Shown piece by piece: positions 49,357 to 63,197 of a stretch of 64,000 bases of DNA. Under the pieces are notes generated by a model. The model worked only from the letters and a program-made list of their open reading frames with translations. It had not been told where the DNA came from and did not search any database. The stretch lies in the NCBI RefSeq assembly GCF_018977255.1, contig NW_024704742.1, forward strand, positions 5,334,001-5,398,000. Direction: 5' to 3'. The stretch's first letter is position 1. The number at the start of each line of letters is the position of its first letter. The translations under genes were made by a program, and so were the position numbers. Source of the stretch: Callorhinchus milii. Lineage: Eukaryota.

Positions 49357-50576
49357 ATATTGGCTGATGTGTGTTGGCCAATAATATACCAGACCAGACA
49401 TTCTTTGTGCAGTTGCATTTTTACATTCCAAAATTCTTTGGCTTCTGTTTATTTGCTCTATACAAAGTCATTGAGGTTTTTTTCTGATTCCTTCCACCAA
49501 TATAATAGTGAAAGCTGGGAGAAATCCCCTGAACATCAGAGGTTATTGTTTCCAAAACGAACAAAACTATCTTACCCAGCATATGTGCATCAAGTGCATA
49601 ATCACATATGTCAGTGAGTGTTTTCGCTATTTGGAGCAATATAATACATTTATATTGTGCCTTTCACATCAAGAAGATGACTCAAAGCACCCGCGGTTCT
49701 TTGATAAGATGACAGCAACAAGAGATCTGGCAGGGGCCATGTGCAAAAGCAAGTTAACCCATAACGGGTTTTCATTATGGTCTGCCGAGAAATGTCATTA
49801 GCATAATCATAATTTAATGCACTACAAATCTAATGCTGCATGGTCTTTCCATCACAGTAATTGTATTGTTTTGATCCATGAGCTAAGCACTTGAGCAGCT
49901 GAAAAGCCAATGTCCACTAATTAATTACAGGCTGAGGTTGGGGAGCCTCAGAGAATCCAGATAACCCTGTTCATTATTACAGACAATTCAACCATTGCTG
50001 CTATTTTTGATCGTTAGTTCAACTGACTGCACTTCTGCTCAATTTTCTAGGCAACCTGGAACTGTGCTTTTTTGATAAGTTGACAATCGAAGACTTAGTG
50101 TTGAGGGAAGTCAGACTTGGGAGTATTTCTTTGCAGCAAATTTGACATACACTAACTACTTTGGGAAATCACAGAACAATAACAAGTCTTATAAATGTCA
50201 ATCACGCAGAAGGATCCATGGAACGATGAAACAGGGCACCGACATCTGCTATGTATTTATACAATAATTATTTATGCATTTTTGCAGCGCTGGCTTGAGC
50301 ACTAGCACCAGGAACATTTCTCCGCCTTCATACACTTCTACTGCTGTCAGTATGCTCGAGCGATTTTTGTTGCATCCCAAATTCAAGCATGGATTCAAAA
50401 ATGTATTCACGGTTAAAGAAATCAGTGTATTTATTAACTGTTCTAAAATAAACTCTCTCAACACACCAAGATTATTGTGTCCCGTTTGATGCTGATATCG
50501 TACCTACAATCTGCAGGACAAAGTTAACCAAACCTCGGTTTTGGTTAAATTCATATTGTGCATACACTCCACTTAC

Positions 50577-50703
50577 CGAGTTCCAGCGCAGCTATCAGTC
50601 CCAGAGCAACGAGAGCTTCATTCTGCATTATAACATGTTCACTCGTTGCCATAGTGACCAGATGTTTTACACCACCACTTTGAACAATGGTCTTAACGAC
50701 GTC
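50577..50703 (-). CDS. RAP1GDS1: RAP1GDS1 ~exon 13, 127 nt: DVVKTIVQSGGVKHLVTMATSEHVIMQNEALVALGLIAALEL
   Basis: ttgtcag| acceptor and |gtaagt donor; phase 0/1. Confidence 0.96.
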
Positions 50704-52049
50704 CTGACAAAGTGGGGGCAAGAAACAAACAGTTAGTGTACAGAAGGGGCGGGCGGGGGGGGGGGGGGGGGGGGGCAGCAAGATAATTCATAAATTGATC
50801 TGTAAAAGCAAATTCAGGTACTCGAATGTGTCCCGGCCCATCCATCTGGAGTTCTGCTCAAACAATGAAAGCACCTTCTTTAATTGCAATCCCGATTTAC
50901 AGAATTAAACCTGGAATCAGCCTCGACACATTCACGTATCGGTAGGATTCACTTTTTATGATTCCCACATTTTAGACCCACTGTTAGCTCAATAAACTGT
51001 ACCGTATTAGACAACTGCATTTCATGAATCGAAAACGGTTCCCAAGATATTCTCAAATTATAAATTACTGCCAATTTAATTATGTCACATTATCATAATT
51101 GCGTGAGCAACATTTTTTCACCTGCACAATATCACCTGGCTTGCCAAACCAATTTCAAGGTACAGTCATCCTATAAACACTACAGAAAACATGTTGTACT
51201 CTGTTCAATGGTGCAAAATTGCATTTGCATTTATCTGCAGCATGATGCAAATTGCTGATACAGACATGTTGAGGATAAAAACTACCCACCTTCACATATC
51301 CTGTCACTGTGCCTCCACAGCACACTCAAACTACAACAAGAGCACTGAAAATGTTTTAAACCCAGCTTGAAAAGCTGTCTGAAGGTCACCATTTCACGGT
51401 AATTAAGCTGATCCCCACTCTCCTCAGCCACTCTGCACCCCCTCAGGCTTCACATCAGCTGTGATGGTTTTAGATGTCATCCTGACGTGACAGGTGCTAT
51501 ATACGTGTAAATGGTTGCTGTTGTTGATCCACTGTTTCATGCTACATAAGGAAACCCTGTTACTGGGTACAGGACTGCGTTATAAGCAAGTATGAAAAAA
51601 TGGCCAACTTCCAAATTACGTTGTCAGTTTGTTGCTACTTCCTTCATTGAAGTGACATCAGTGGCTTTTCCTGCACATAGTACGGAAGTTACGTCAACAG
51701 CGACCAGACAACCTGGATTTTGGACACTTTATTGAAGGAAGACAGCTAGTCAAGGCTGGAAACTCAGTGTCCACATTACACCACGCTGTAAGTAACTCAA
51801 TGGGGAGGCATTCGAACAGGATTGCCTTGTACCTGGGTACTAACTACCGTGGCTGTAGAGAAAATGTCCCTTAGTACCAGATATGTACCAGATGGAGAAA
51901 GTTAAGAAATATTCCATGCGCACAATTAATGGTGTTCCTAAACAGTCACCGGCTTTCCTGCAGGTTCATTTTGTGCCGAGAAGCCGTTTAATGTCAGACA
52001 AGAATTCCTAAATTTAGTGCTCACGCACGCCACGTTCCTGGACACACAC

Positions 52050-52189
52050 CTTCGATTTACTGTGCCTGATAAGTGCTGATAGCAGCCGGTTTGATTCACC
52101 CATTACACCTGCATGATCCTTCGCATCACACCACTCCACCAGACGCTCCACTAGCTTTATGTTCTTTCCTAGCTTTTCAGCAGCTTCAG
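52050..52189 (-). CDS. RAP1GDS1: RAP1GDS1 ~exon 12, 140 nt: AEAAEKLGKNIKLVERLVEWCDAKDHAGVMGESNRLLSALIRHSKSK
   Basis: ctgccgcaag| acceptor and |gtgtgt donor; phase 1/0. Confidence 0.95.
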
Positions 52190-53003
52190 CTTGCGGCAGA
52201 AAGAGAAAAGAAAATATCAACAATCAGCACGCTGAATACAAACACAAAAGTGTTTCTTCTAAAGCCAGGCTCAGCATTTGAATTTGTGCATTTAGAAGAA
52301 TCTCTCCTGTTTATATTGGTCAGTAGCTCAACCCGATCATAACTTGGATTCCATTACGTATCTGCTCATACTCATATTGGGGACGTGCACATTTTAGCCA
52401 TGTGTTCCTGTGTCGCACAGAATAATTTGATTTGGTAAGGGAAGAGAAATGGCTAATGTGAAAAAGAGAAAGATAAGCCATGCGATAGGAATTTGGGTGA
52501 TTAATATGTATTGATGTTGGATAATAGAATGAATCCAGCCTTCTTCTGACGGCATCAAAACAGGTGACTACCATCTGGTCATTTATACAATTTAATAGTC
52601 CAGTTTATGTTGTGTTCCTGTGTTGACATCGGACTCTTCCATTGATTTCCAATGGCCTCCAGACTGTACAAATGGGACATCCGAAGAGACACAACTTTTT
52701 CTTTGAGATGGTCACTTAAATGATTTCACATTTTGCTCCAAGATCTGAAGTCAGCCAAGCACACTCACCAGATGATCATCTCCCCACTTAAATGGAAATA
52801 GCTCATCAATTCTACACAACGTTAGAACAAAGTACTTGCTGAATGAAAAATCTTGGATCCAACCAATAAACGTCTCACACTCTGCCGATGCATGATACAA
52901 AGCGCTGGCACATCAAGTAGCTTTTCAAAACAAATATTTAAAATACTTCTTCCTTTCAAAAAATGATTGGACAAGCAATGTACATTTTATTCAATTGTGA
53001 TAC

Positions 53004-53129
53004 CTTGTGCGTCAATTAACATGCGTAATGTTCCAAGCAGTTTGAACTGGACGGGTGGCATCTCAGACTTGAGGAATTTCAGCACTTCATCTGCCACTCC
53101 TGCTGATAGCATCTTAGCCTTGTTTAAGA
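53004..53129 (-). CDS. RAP1GDS1: RAP1GDS1 ~exon 11, 126 nt: VLNKAKMLSAGVADEVLKFLKSEMPPVQFKLLGTLRMLIDAQ
   Basis: gccccag| acceptor and |gtatca donor; read by hand. Confidence 0.95.
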
Positions 53130-54040
53130 CTGGGGCGGAAAAAAAACAATATAATTGCATGGAATTTTCCTGTTTTACTCCACTGAATAAAACATAATAA
53201 CAATACTATATATTATAGAGCAGCTTTCAGATTTGGGAGAGCATCTTAAAGTGCTTTGCAAGATATACTGTAAAGTGTATGGGTCTAATCTTTCGTTATA
53301 AGCAAGCGGGAAAAGATGGCCAACTTCCCCATCGTAAGGTTGCTGCTGCTGTTGCTTTCTTCGTGGAATAACTTCAGTGACACTTCCTACACGCAGCACA
53401 GCACGTATGTGCAGTGTGCAAGAAGCGACGTCAGCAGCAACTTGACTGTACTTTTTCTTTTACGGCAACAGTTGCAGCCAATTTGCGCACAACTAGCCAG
53501 GCAAGGCACCCGGTACTTCACTTACGTTGCCATTCTTCATGTGTGAGCCCAGACCTTAATTGCCAGCAAACTATTTGACTGAAGGGGCACCACAACAAAC
53601 CTACCCTGATCTTGTTCAACGCCCATAAATACACTTTCCGATACTGGTTGGTAGTACTTTGACCAATCAGCCTTTAGAGGTACACCTTTACTTTTCTTGC
53701 AAATATGTTACTGACTTTCCCCATACCACTGCTCTCCATGGCTTCTCTTGTTTAAAAAGTACCAGATTTATGAAAACATACAACTTTATTATATTTGCAA
53801 GCTAAGATGCAACAATATTGAGGGCAAATTAAAAACAATTACAGCCACATATTAAGCCTATAAAAAGGCTGCTTCAAATTGTTATTTAAGGTTCAGTCAG
53901 CGCATCTCTTTCTGAGGAGATAAGGGAGCTCTAGGATTTTAAGGGAGCTACTGAACGTTATGCGAACATTTTTAGCAATAAAGAATTAATTGAGTACAGT
54001 GGTCTTCATGCATTTCTCTTTAACAACTGGAAAAGCTTAC

Positions 54041-54175
54041 CAGGAATAGCCAAGTTGCGGAGAGCACTAAGGGCCGCGTGTTGTACTGTCACATTCCCAT
54101 CTTCTACGTGCCGATCCAACAGATCCAAGAGTTTCTGCACAATTCCCGTTTCCACCATGTGGATACAGTTTCCAT
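54041..54175 (-). CDS. RAP1GDS1: RAP1GDS1 ~exon 10, 135 nt: DGNCIHMVETGIVQKLLDLLDRHVEDGNVTVQHAALSALRNLAIP
   Basis: ttttgtag| acceptor and |gtaagc donor; QHAALSALRNLAIP motif. Confidence 0.96.
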
Positions 54176-55305
54176 CTACAAAAAATAAAAAGTTTTGAGG
54201 ATTTGAATGCGAGGTTGAGGATTTTGAATTTGATCCACGAGCTGTAGAGTTCTGGATGGTCTGCAGCATGTGTAAGAGGGAGCTGGTCTGGTGAACAAGT
54301 TGTTGGAATAATCTAGTTGGAAAAATGCAGTGTCCTCTCAGCACTGCATCATACAAAGCAATCGGTCCCAACAAACAATTTGCTCATTTTTATAAATTAA
54401 TAAATAATAAAATTCAGTAAAGTGGACCATATCCCAAAAGGCCTGGACACTGCATCTTACAGTATTACCATTGGCTGAACAATATTGCTTTCAGTTTCCA
54501 ACAACTAACACTGGAACAATCAGTGGGTTCTAAGAAAAACACAGAGCTTCATTGAATAAATCCAATGTCCAGAATGGCACTGAATCATACAGACCAGGGA
54601 AATGATCTGGTCATTTGATCCCTGGTCCATGATCAAATAATTCATTGAAGCTAAAGAATAAATGGGACACTAAATTTGGCCTCAGCAGTTGCTGGGGTTG
54701 GGGGATCATGTCAATGGGCTGGAAAATGGGCATATTGAGATGTGGAGTAAAGGTCGTCAGATTCATTTGTGCTGGCTCTTTGGTTGAATAGCTCATCAAC
54801 AGTCACTATCACAAGAAAAACTCAGATACAAGTGTAGCCATTGCATCAGTGCATTCACAAGAATTGGGGAGAAGACTTTTTTTAGGATGGGGGAGAAGAA
54901 ATGATATGGAATGCCTTATCTGCACACACTTGCATGGCCATTAACTGCTGTGTTGAGGTGTAGGAGGGGGAGAAGGGAGAATAGGGAAAGAGAGGAAGAT
55001 GTCTTGCTGTGATTTCTTAAATCATTCCAGCAATTCCTCAAGCAGACCTGTAAAGAGCATTCCTTATGAAAGTAAAATGAAAGCTTTACTTCTAGATCTT
55101 CACAGTGGTGGTCAACAAAATCGATGGATAAATCAATGGCAACGATTTCTTGATGGCATAAATTAAGAAATATTCAACTGAGCAACACTTATCTTGTTGG
55201 TCCAACTAAAGGGGCTTGTGAAAATGTCAGCTATTGAAAAAAAACTAAATACAGAAAGGACTTAAAACATTCACATCTTGAAATGCAAATCAAAGGGAAA
55301 CTCAC

Positions 55306-55437
55306 CATTTCGTGCAAAATTTGCTATGGCCAGAGCTCCAGCGAGTTGCAGCTGATGATTATTTGAAGGAAGCCACGACAGAACCTTTTGAAAAACACTG
55401 CCTTTACCCTTGTCAAACAGCTTCTGCATGGATTCAT
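55306..55437 (-). CDS. RAP1GDS1: RAP1GDS1 ~exon 9, 132 nt: DESMQKLFDKGKGSVFQKVLSWLPSNNHQLQLAGALAIANFARN
   Basis: tgtag| acceptor and |gtgagt donor; conserved SmgGDS AIANFARND motif. Confidence 0.96.
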
Positions 55438-55927
55438 CTACATCACAGAACAAATAGACAAGAAAACACAAAATTATTTCCACAAATAACAAGTAAACCA
55501 GTTCTTGGCTGAGACACTTTGGTGTGATGTTACCCTTGTAAAATTACAACTAATGTCTGAATCTCTGCCATGTTTGAGTGGCTTTATAAGCAATGAAAAA
55601 TAGATTCTAAATAGAGTGAAATGGCAGTTGAAGAAATAGTTGTGAAAATATCATGTGGAATTATAAAAGAGTGAAAGATTGAGAACAAATATTTTAAATA
55701 TAGTAATTATAGAGAGAATGAGATTGGCACTTAATATTCATTTTCAAGGTTCATGTAATATCATGTATTTTCATTTTTGAATGAGATTTCTCACCAATCC
55801 ATCCCTTTAATTTGTTCCAAAATCGAAAGCATTATGGCCGATTAATACCAGAATAGGAGAAATACCAAGATTTGCAAAACGAGCAGTGAGCCGCTTTAAT
55901 AAAGGCTAAAAACCAAGAAATAAACAC

Positions 55928-56235
55928 AATAATAATAATCCTTGCATTTGTATAGCGCTTTTCATGTCTTCTAGATGTTTCAAAGCGCTTCACAGAATAG
56001 ACTGTAAAGTGAATTGACTGTATATTTGTGGGTGAAATGCGGCAGTCAATTGCGCACAGCAATGTCCCACAAACAGTTGTACATTGAAATGACCAATTTA
56101 TTATTGGGTTTTTTTCTTGGGGGATTATTATCAGGCGTGTGGAGTAAGGAAACTTGCCCAAGGTCTCACCTTACCGGGAATCGAACCCAGGTCTCTCGCT
56201 TGCAAAGCGAGTCCTCTAACACTGAGCTCCAGGAC
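55928..56235 (-). mobile_element. tRNA-derived SINE, short-middle subtype
   Basis: Same family; shares the internal deletion with the 4647 and 8916 copies. Confidence 0.92.
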
Positions 56236-56689
56236 AAAGACCCAAGTAAAAATTCAAACGGATAGAATGTCTCACACCTACTAGTTACAAAGTCACAAAG
56301 CAGTAATTATATTAGCAAATAATTAATTCACTTTTTAGAACAAAACTATTTCCTGGCCAACAACTCTCCGATAGAATTAGTCATTTAGTTCATGGCAGTT
56401 TGTGGGACTTTGGTGTACTCAAATTAGCTGACAAGTTGGCCGAAAAAACAGTCACTATACCAAATGTAAGGAGGATTATTATTATTATGATTATTATTAT
56501 TACCGTTACCATGATCACTTATGAAAAAAAGTTTTGTTAGGGTTTGGATTGAATTGCAGAAATTGGATCTAATTGCAGAAATGAAAAATTGCAGAAATGG
56601 AAATCCCTATAGAAAATCACTGTAGGAACATCTTTCAAAAGCAGAACTTGTGATTTAACACCAACAACTTATTCTTATACAGCGCCTTA

Positions 56690-57250
56690 TCAGTATGCGG
56701 GCAGCAGAGATCTGAATGAGCTGGGTTTTTTGAATAGTGCAGCTGGGGAGACTGGCAAGGGGTGCGTTTGAGTAATCCAGGCGGGAGGTGATAAACGTGT
56801 GCACAAGGGTTTCGGCTGCACTTGGGATAAGGTACGGTCGGAGACGCAATGTGGCGGAGGTGGAGGAAGGCGGTCCTGGTCAGAGACCGGATGTGGGGGA
56901 GGAAGGACAGCTGGGTGCTGAACCGGACGTTGAGGGAGAGCCCAGGGAGGTTGAGGAGTTTAGATCCCCAGGAGTGAAGATGCTGACGGGAGCCAAGGAG
57001 TATGGATGGCTTCAGTCTCGTCTACATTCAACTGCAGGAAGTTTGCACTCATCCAGGCCTTGATGTCGGCCAGACAAGCTGATACATCGGTGGGCACTGG
57101 AGTCGATACTGGAGGACGCAAAGTAGATTTATGTGTCATCTGCATACATGTGGAAGTTTACCCCATGTCTGCGTGTCATCGCCCAGAGGATGCTTGTAGA
57201 TGAAGAAAGGAAGAGGGCCAAGGATAGAGCCCTGGTGTACCCTGCAGGTG
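56690..57250 (-). mobile_element. Decayed L2 LINE ORF2
   Basis: CLADIKAWMSANFLQLNVDETE and AAETLVHTFITSRLDYSN peptides. Confidence 0.9.
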
Positions 57251-58314
57251 ACCGGGTTAAATTTGAACCCATCAAATACAACACATTAGTGGCACTTGTG
57301 GATCATCACTTACCAGTAAATCAACTCCAACATTTACAGATGTAGATATTTTAATATCAGAAAGCATCTACGTTAAAAGTTAAAAACGACTACTTGTCTA
57401 TGGAAACTGAATTATTGATATAAATCACAATTCTAAAACAATACTTTTCAAAAACATTACCTCTGCTTTTCAAGTTATTCTTCCTCTATTGCTTTTGTTA
57501 CTATTTCTTTTCTCCATTTTACAATGTATTCCTTTATCTGGTTCTTCCACCCATTGTAAAGTTTTTCCCCTTCCTAGACTTAAAAACTTCCACTTTTCTT
57601 TTTTGCTGCTGGTTCTCAGGTCCCTCTTTTTGGGACATGGGGACAAATTTACCACATAGTGAACACAGTTTTACAGCAACATTTTGCAGCCAATGTAAAG
57701 CTCCAAAATAGGATATTCATAGGAAAACATAACAAGTGTGATCAGGTCAATTTTTGACGCAAGTTCCATATCAATAAGAAGGAAATAGACGCTTATGTTT
57801 TACACAGCATCTATTCACATTGTCCAATCACGTTGAAGAGCTTCACAGGATTTGCTGTTGAGTGGTGTGGGTGAACAAAACTGTTAATTTGCACACAGCG
57901 ATGTCCCACAAACAGGGATTGTTGGCCAGGACAAGGGTGAAAACTATGTTCTCTTTTTTGGAATATGCCATAGGATCTTTAACATCCATTTGAACAGGCT
58001 GATGGGACCTCGGGTTAATGTGTCAACCTAAATAGGAAACATGAACTCCAAAATGAAGCCTGCCACCTGCTCCCTTGACTATATTCCTACTTCCCAGCTC
58101 CACCTCTTTGCCACCCTACTAATAGATATTGAGAACCAAGTGCTATCAAATACAAGGATTATTATTACCATTAGCACAATGATAAACTCTCCAAAATACA
58201 ACATTTCAGTTTATCTGACATTTTACTCAGAGATCTTGAATCTGGTATCTAAATAAACAAGTGAGCAACACAAATATTGTAAGCTATTACAATAGCCTGC
58301 TGAATGAAACTTAC

Positions 58315-58458
58315 CTCCCAAAAGCAACAAGACCATGAGATCAGAGGCTGTTTTAAGCTCTGCAACATCATCTTCTTTATCGCTGTCTACAGTCTCTTGG
58401 ACGAGCTCTAGAAGACAGTCTACTAATCCTGCATCAACCAGCTGTAGCTTTATAACAT
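58315..58458 (-). CDS. RAP1GDS1: RAP1GDS1 ~exon 8, 144 nt: DVIKLQLVDAGLVDCLLELVQETVDSDKEDDVAELKTASDLMVLLLLG
   Basis: ttttag| acceptor and |gtaagt donor. Confidence 0.95.
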
Positions 58459-61079
58459 CTAAAACATACAACAGGGACAATCCATTAGCCCATGACTGAA
58501 AAGTATTTATTTGAAATTGTGTCTAACAATACACAGAATCACTCATAGATGATTAAAGCAATTATGAGCACTTTAAAGATAACTTTTCAATAATCCAGCA
58601 GAACAGGAACAGCAGAGAAGGGAAAACTGATCGTCTAGCTTTAAAATGTAGCCATAGCTACAAACCCAATTCAGCAACTGGTTTTGGCAAAGTGAGCAAC
58701 ACAAATCCCCTACCTTTCACCTTCGCCCCTCCAAAAAAAACACATTCAAAATAAAAAATAATTCACTTACTAAGGTTGAGGAGGGCATTGCCAACAACTG
58801 CCAAAGCAGTCTCATCAACAATGGATGATGTAAATCCCTGGAGAAACAATAAGCCTATCGGTACCTGCAAGAGAGGAAAATAAATGGCTGAATGTCGAGG
58901 GGACAGAATGGATTCAAGTTAAAACAGCTATTAAGAAGATGTGAGGGGAAATCAAATTTGTTTCAATCAAAGAACTTTCCTGAAACTAGAAGCAGTTATC
59001 ACCCAAAACCATTTCCACTTCACTAGTGTTTTCATTTTCAGATATGTGCCTTTTAAGACTCTGCCAATGGAAGAAATACTCCCAACAGTAATAAGATGGT
59101 TGACATAGCAAGTCTATGTTTTGAACAGAAAGGCTTGGTGGAGTCTCATAAGGCATGTAATGAAAGTAAATATAGTGAAACAGAAGCAATTTTCTGTGAT
59201 TATTACTCTAGGTTTCAGTGACAAGTCATTTGACTGAGATGAAGTTCAAAAACTCATATCTTCTTGCTTGCCATTTTAACTTTAATCTCACCATCTGTCT
59301 CAATTTACAAAAAATGTCCACAAAGGTTTATTCAGCCACTTATTTTCCAGGTGATCTGACACACGACGTTTCTGTCAACCGATGGCAAGTACCACAGAGC
59401 GACTTTTGGAACAATCTGGTGACAGTAAAGGCATCACCGAACCAACTCTCGTAAGTGGAAAACCTTCCAAATGCAATCCATGCCTCTTACATAGCTTGTA
59501 TCTTCCAATAATAATGACCAATTTTATTTGGGGGATTTGTTAGCCAGGACACTGGGAGAAACTTCCTTCTCTTGTCGAATAGTGCCTTGGGATCTTTAAT
59601 GTCCACCCAAACTGACAGACGGAACCTCGGTTTAACATCTCATCCGAAGCCCCAAGGAAAATGAGCGCGAGATTAGGAATGGTACAAGAAAATATGTGCG
59701 TGAGTGTGAAGGGAAGGAAACAAATTATTATGAAAAGTAAGAGCAAGAGAGTGTACAGGATGATTGAAAAATGAGCACATATGATGTGACAATGTAGGGA
59801 AGAGGAAAGGGAGTAAGCGATTTCTCCTCACCATTCCCTGTCCTGGATCATTAATTCTAAATATTATTTCTCATTTGGTTTGCTTTAGTACCATCCACAA
59901 TCTTGAAACAAATGCTTGGAAACAATGTCCTTATGAAAGCTTTATATATAATATATTATAAATATATATTTGTTTTGGTGGTGGGGGCTGGTTATCTGAT
60001 GCATGTAGAAACCCATCACCATGCTTAAGAGTATCCAAATCGAACAGAGTTCCACGAATCCCACCTACACATGGAAATTCCTATATATTCGATTGTGCAC
60101 CTTCCGTGGAGGGATGCATCCTGCTTACCTAATTCCAGAGAGTATTAGATCCAGCCTGGCAGGGGCCAAGGCTTTTGGACCCCAGAATGTGCATTAGAAA
60201 TTAACCAGCTAAAATTGCAAAATTCCCACTGTCTGTCAAACCTTCCTGCTAGGACCACCCTTCCTACCTGTTAGGACTTTGGTTTGCCAGGTAAACAGAT
60301 GCTGAGTGGGAAGAATCCCTACGCCCAATGACTGGTCTGTTCCTTCAGGTCCCACCACGACAAGTTGGCTGTGCTGCCATCAGTAGTCTACTGAAGGACT
60401 GTGAACTCACCTGGTTAGAATCCTGACTACAGATTATCACAGCGGATTAACTTGATTCAGACATTCCATTGTCACTTTGGAGCAAATTCAGCTCCAAATA
60501 GACACCACCTTCTGGTGCCTTATTCATGATGTTACACATTTCCCTCTGAATCCATGATTTGCTAACTAAATTTACTGTGACTGCTCCGTGATTTTAGATA
60601 AATAATTTGTAAGTGACAAATCTTACAATAAGAATCATCAATTGGAATTGATGCCTCATTATATCTTCTAATCAATACATTCAATGTCCCACTGAGGGTC
60701 CCAGTGGTCAAGATGCTGACAGGGCATGAAATTCCCACCTGAGTCTGTCAGCAGCACATTATTATGTGCAAACAGAAGCAGCACGATTCTATTAGGAATG
60801 CCTGGAACTGATACACCAGTCTGTTCCCCACAATGCCATTTATATAGACCAAGCTATATAAAAATAGACCCAGGTCTGAGGCACTCAGCTCAACCCATTT
60901 CCAGGCAGAAAAGTTCCCATTTATGATTACACTCAGTTTTTTTATTAAGCCAATTTTCTTATCTAGGTGTATTCAAAAGGTGTATATTCCTTTCCCTGGC
61001 TATTATCTATTAATATGAAGCCTTTTCAGAATAGTAAATCGCCTATGAAACAACAACTTGCACTTGTATACCAGCTTTC

Positions 61080-61645
61080 ACATCAAGAGATCGCCTCACT
61101 CTCCCTCTACCTTCAACTCTATGACCACTGCTGTTCTGACGCATTAGACAAGTCCTGGTTAAACTTCCTTCAGTTGAATGTCAACAGGACCAAGGCTCTC
61201 CTGTTAGTTCTCGTCAGCACCTTCTCACATTGCATCAATCTGCTCATTCTACCTCATAGAGCCAGTGTGAAACCTTGGTCTCGGTTTAATATGTCTTTTC
61301 GACCCCCAACCATGTTTCACATTTGGACTTGCACAGCCTTTCCTCATCCATGGAACATTGCCTGCTTCTGCTACTACCCCTTTCCTCACTCATGCTTTCA
61401 TCACTTTCAGACGTAACTATTCCAAATCCTTGCATGTTGGATGCCCCAGCTCTGCTCTACACAAGCTGCAGACTATCCAATATTCTGCAGTCCATGTCCT
61501 TTCCGGCAATAGGATTTGCAAGCCATTGTCACCCTCTTCAACTCCCAAGCCCCGGCTCGAGTGTCCAGCCAGCAGTGTCAAACTCTTTGAGACGTCTTTC
61601 TGATGTGAAAGGTGATTATATTAATGTAAACAGTATTGTTATTGT
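61080..61645 (+). mobile_element. Decayed L2 LINE fragment ending ~30 nt from a RAP1GDS1 donor site
   Basis: NFLQLNVNRTKALL, HAFITFRRNYS and LHKLQTIQYSA peptides; tail gtgaaaggtgattatattaatgtaa. Confidence 0.82.
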
Positions 61646-61674
61646 AAAGTGAGTTACACACAAGTATTACTCAC

Positions 61675-61800
61675 CATGTTCTGCTAACGGAGCCAATACT
61701 TCAAAAATCATTTCTTTCTTCTCATGTTCAGTTTGTTTTTTGAATAGTTTTACAAGCTCATCTGCAACCTTAGTTGATGCAAACTGCTCTTTGCTAGACT
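61675..61800 (-). CDS. RAP1GDS1: RAP1GDS1 ~exon 7, 126 nt: ESSKEQFASTKVADELVKLFKKQTEHEKKEMIFEVLAPLAEH
   Basis: atatag| acceptor and |gtgagt donor; in frame with neighbouring exons. Confidence 0.95.
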
Positions 61801-62458
61801 CTATATTAAAAAAGTTATAGAAAAGATAATGAGAAAATAGAATATTTACAAAGGCAAAGACTTCCAAGTTTAAACTGAACCATTTCTGGACAGCAAACAT
61901 GATAATACTGGCAAAATGCATTCCCAATTATATAGTTTACTCACTCACAATATTTCTTTTGTAATCTTAGGCTTTACCTACTTAAGTTTTTAAAGCTTTG
62001 CCTTCTGTTGAATATTCAATTTAAATGTGACTATTTTTGAAAAACTACAAAATGAGTGGATTAAATTCACAACTGAATGCTAAAATCCACCCCGCCTTGA
62101 AATATATTTTTCAACTCACTAATAAAAGCAATTTGCCTCATAATCACACTGTATGTTTAGGCTCTCCTGCAAGAGCAAAAATAACAAGCCATTATAAAAG
62201 CATAACTGGCTGTAAGTAAAACAATATCAATGTACACTTAAAAGCCAAAGGAAAACCTAAGGGGAACACCTCCTACATAATACTCCACCTCCTCTTTTTG
62301 CAATTCTTCAGTTGTTCTAAATTGGACTTTTTTCAGGGCACATTATAAAAGGATAGATTTTGGTAGGATATAGCCATCAACAGAGGCCAAACAGTGGCAG
62401 TGTTCTGCAAAGAGCAGTAACAAACCTACTGTGTCTTCAAAAGATATCCCCAGCTTAC

Positions 62459-62587
62459 CTATCTCTGCTAGGTTACCAAAGGCAACCAAACACATTTCTG
62501 TCAGTGCTGTGTGCTGGGAATGTACACCCAATAGTTGCACCAAAGTGGGAATAACACCCATATTTATCAGCTGAGTCTGCAGGCCAT
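62459..62587 (-). CDS. RAP1GDS1: RAP1GDS1 (SmgGDS) exon, ~exon 6, 129 nt: DGLQTQLINMGVIPTLVQLLGVHSQHTALTEMCLVAFGNLAEI
   Basis: ttttacag| acceptor and |gtaagc donor on the - strand; ARM-repeat peptide recognisable as SmgGDS. Confidence 0.95.
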
Positions 62588-63197
62588 CTGTAAAACATTG
62601 GGGAAATTAACAATTTAGAATATCTTAAAGGTCTAACGCATTCTTCAAGAACAAGATGCATCCCTTAAATGATACACAATCAGACAGTAAGAAAAGAAAC
62701 AAGGCTGCAAACAGTATCGCCTGAAAGCAATGCATTGAAAGAAGAGACCACTGTTGAAGGAATGGTTAAAGATATGATGACTCTGAACATTAAAATCATG
62801 GTGAATCTGATAAGTTCAAAGGTACTGTTACATGAGAAAACAGGGGTTATGTGCAGAAGTAAATATACGTATATAGCTGAAAGAGAGGACAGTCTGCATA
62901 GTGGTAGTGCAAGGACATTTATTCAGCCTATGGGGATACCCATCAAACTTGCAAACATCAAATGTAAGTTTCCCTCATGTCTTCTAGGTTATCTTTTGGG
63001 ATGACTGACACCACTTCAAAGAATGTCATTTTTAAATATGCAGGCTACACAGGATCCAATGACTTTTGCCCCCCAAAAAGTGCAACATAACAGAATTTTC
63101 AAAACCTCTATGACCACTTCAAGCTCTGCAACAATTGGTGTATAGCAACTTCTGCAGTTTTCACTGATTGTTTCTTGGATTAAATAATCACTTATCT

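Noticed and set aside
56539..56610. TAGGG...CCCTA-bounded segment with three aattgcagaaat units, possibly a mini-hAT element
   Set aside because: The termini are too short and no 8-bp TSD is visible; it cannot be told apart from a chance short tandem repeat.
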